Shown here: in pieces, positions 34,841 through 35,285 of the stretch
Position numbering within the stretch: position 1 is the stretch's first letter
How the letters are laid out: every line of letters starts with the position of its first letter
Origin: a virus
Taxonomy: Duplodnaviria > Caudoviricetes
Direction: 5' to 3' (one strand)
Virus record (IMG/VR): IMGVR_UViG_3300006105_000057
Span: 1-35,285 of that record
DNA: 35,285 nt
Position numbers and translations under genes: made by a program
The notes under the pieces: generated by a model
Database searches by the model: none
What the model saw: only the letters and a program-made list of their open reading frames with translations
What the model was told of the DNA's origin: nothing

Positions 34841-35285
34841 ATGTTTATGTTCGATATTGAAACACTGGACGCTGAGTCAACTGCCGTTGTCTTATCTGCG
34901 TCCATCATTCATTTTGAAATTGGTGAAAAAGTAACCTACAATGAATTGCTGAACAGAGCATTATTTGTTAAGTTCAATGCACAAGAGCAGGTTGATCTTG
35001 GTCGTTCAGTTGACAAAGGCACAGTTGAATGGTGGTCACAACAACACGAATATGTCCGCAAGATTTCTCTTGCTCGACTCAAAGATGATTTGACAATCTC
35101 AGATGGAATCAATAAAATAAAAGAATATATCGCACAATTTCCAGAGAAAGACCAAACCTTTTGGGCTCGTGGTTCTCTAGACCAAATGTGTATTGATAGT
35201 CTTTGTAAATCAATTAAAGTCGATTTTATTGCACCTTATAATGTTTGGCGTGATGTTCGAACTGCAGTTGACTTACTTTGCGAAA
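34841..35285 (+). CDS. dexA: DEDD 3'-5' exonuclease (DexA-like), 3' truncated
   Basis: MFMFDIETL..(ExoI), T.EWW..Q, WARGSLD (ExoII), WRDVRT; SD GAGGAG; runs off the window. Confidence 0.8.
   Translation, partial: MFMFDIETLDAESTAVVLSASIIHFEIGEKVTYNELLNRALFVKFNAQEQVDLGRSVDKGTVEWWSQQHEYVRKISLARLKDDLTISDGINKIKEYIAQFPEKDQTFWARGSLDQMCIDSLCKSIKVDFIAPYNVWRDVRTAVDLLCE

Noticed and set aside
1-35285. CRISPR array, tRNA or rRNA genes
   Set aside because: No regularly spaced identical repeats; intergenic gaps are short and show no cloverleaf or T-loop (GTTCRA) context.
1-35285. Stop-codon reassignment
   Set aside because: Core genes are intact under the standard code; TAG (gp13, gp55) and TGA (gp20, uvsY, uvsW, gp44) end genes at expected positions.

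Overview
A 35.3-kb segment of an AT-rich T4-like myovirus, with essentially all genes on the + strand. Gene order resembles environmental T4-like phages more than T4 itself: no gp24 after gp23, then gp3-uvsY-uvsW-gp55-gp47-gp46 and gp45-gp44-gp62-regA-hsp20. Bases 1-16.7 kb are virion morphogenesis genes: a 5'-truncated tail fibre with an S74 chaperone, gp13-15, gp17-23 and gp3, under T4-type late promoters. Bases 16.7-35.3 kb are recombination, transcription and replication genes under sigma70-type promoters. The most unusual part is an accessory island between gp46 and gp45 (24.1-29.8 kb). It encodes a zincin-vWA protein, an acidic microprotein, a MoxR AAA+ ATPase whose N-terminal domain recurs as the stand-alone next gene, an HTH protein behind a clean H-type pseudoknot, a DUF5664-like nucleotide hydrolase and a membrane protein/lipoprotein pair. 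ACCCTA-N7-TAGGGT palindromes sit at its promoters. Other notable signals: a ROSE-like RNA thermometer on hsp20, a second pseudoknot after gp45, an antisense promoter back-to-back with the gp55 promoter, the same repeat domain inserted into gp13, gp14 and gp18, and no gp16 at its usual position. All calls come from motif recognition and manual base-pairing; no database searches or folding programs were run.
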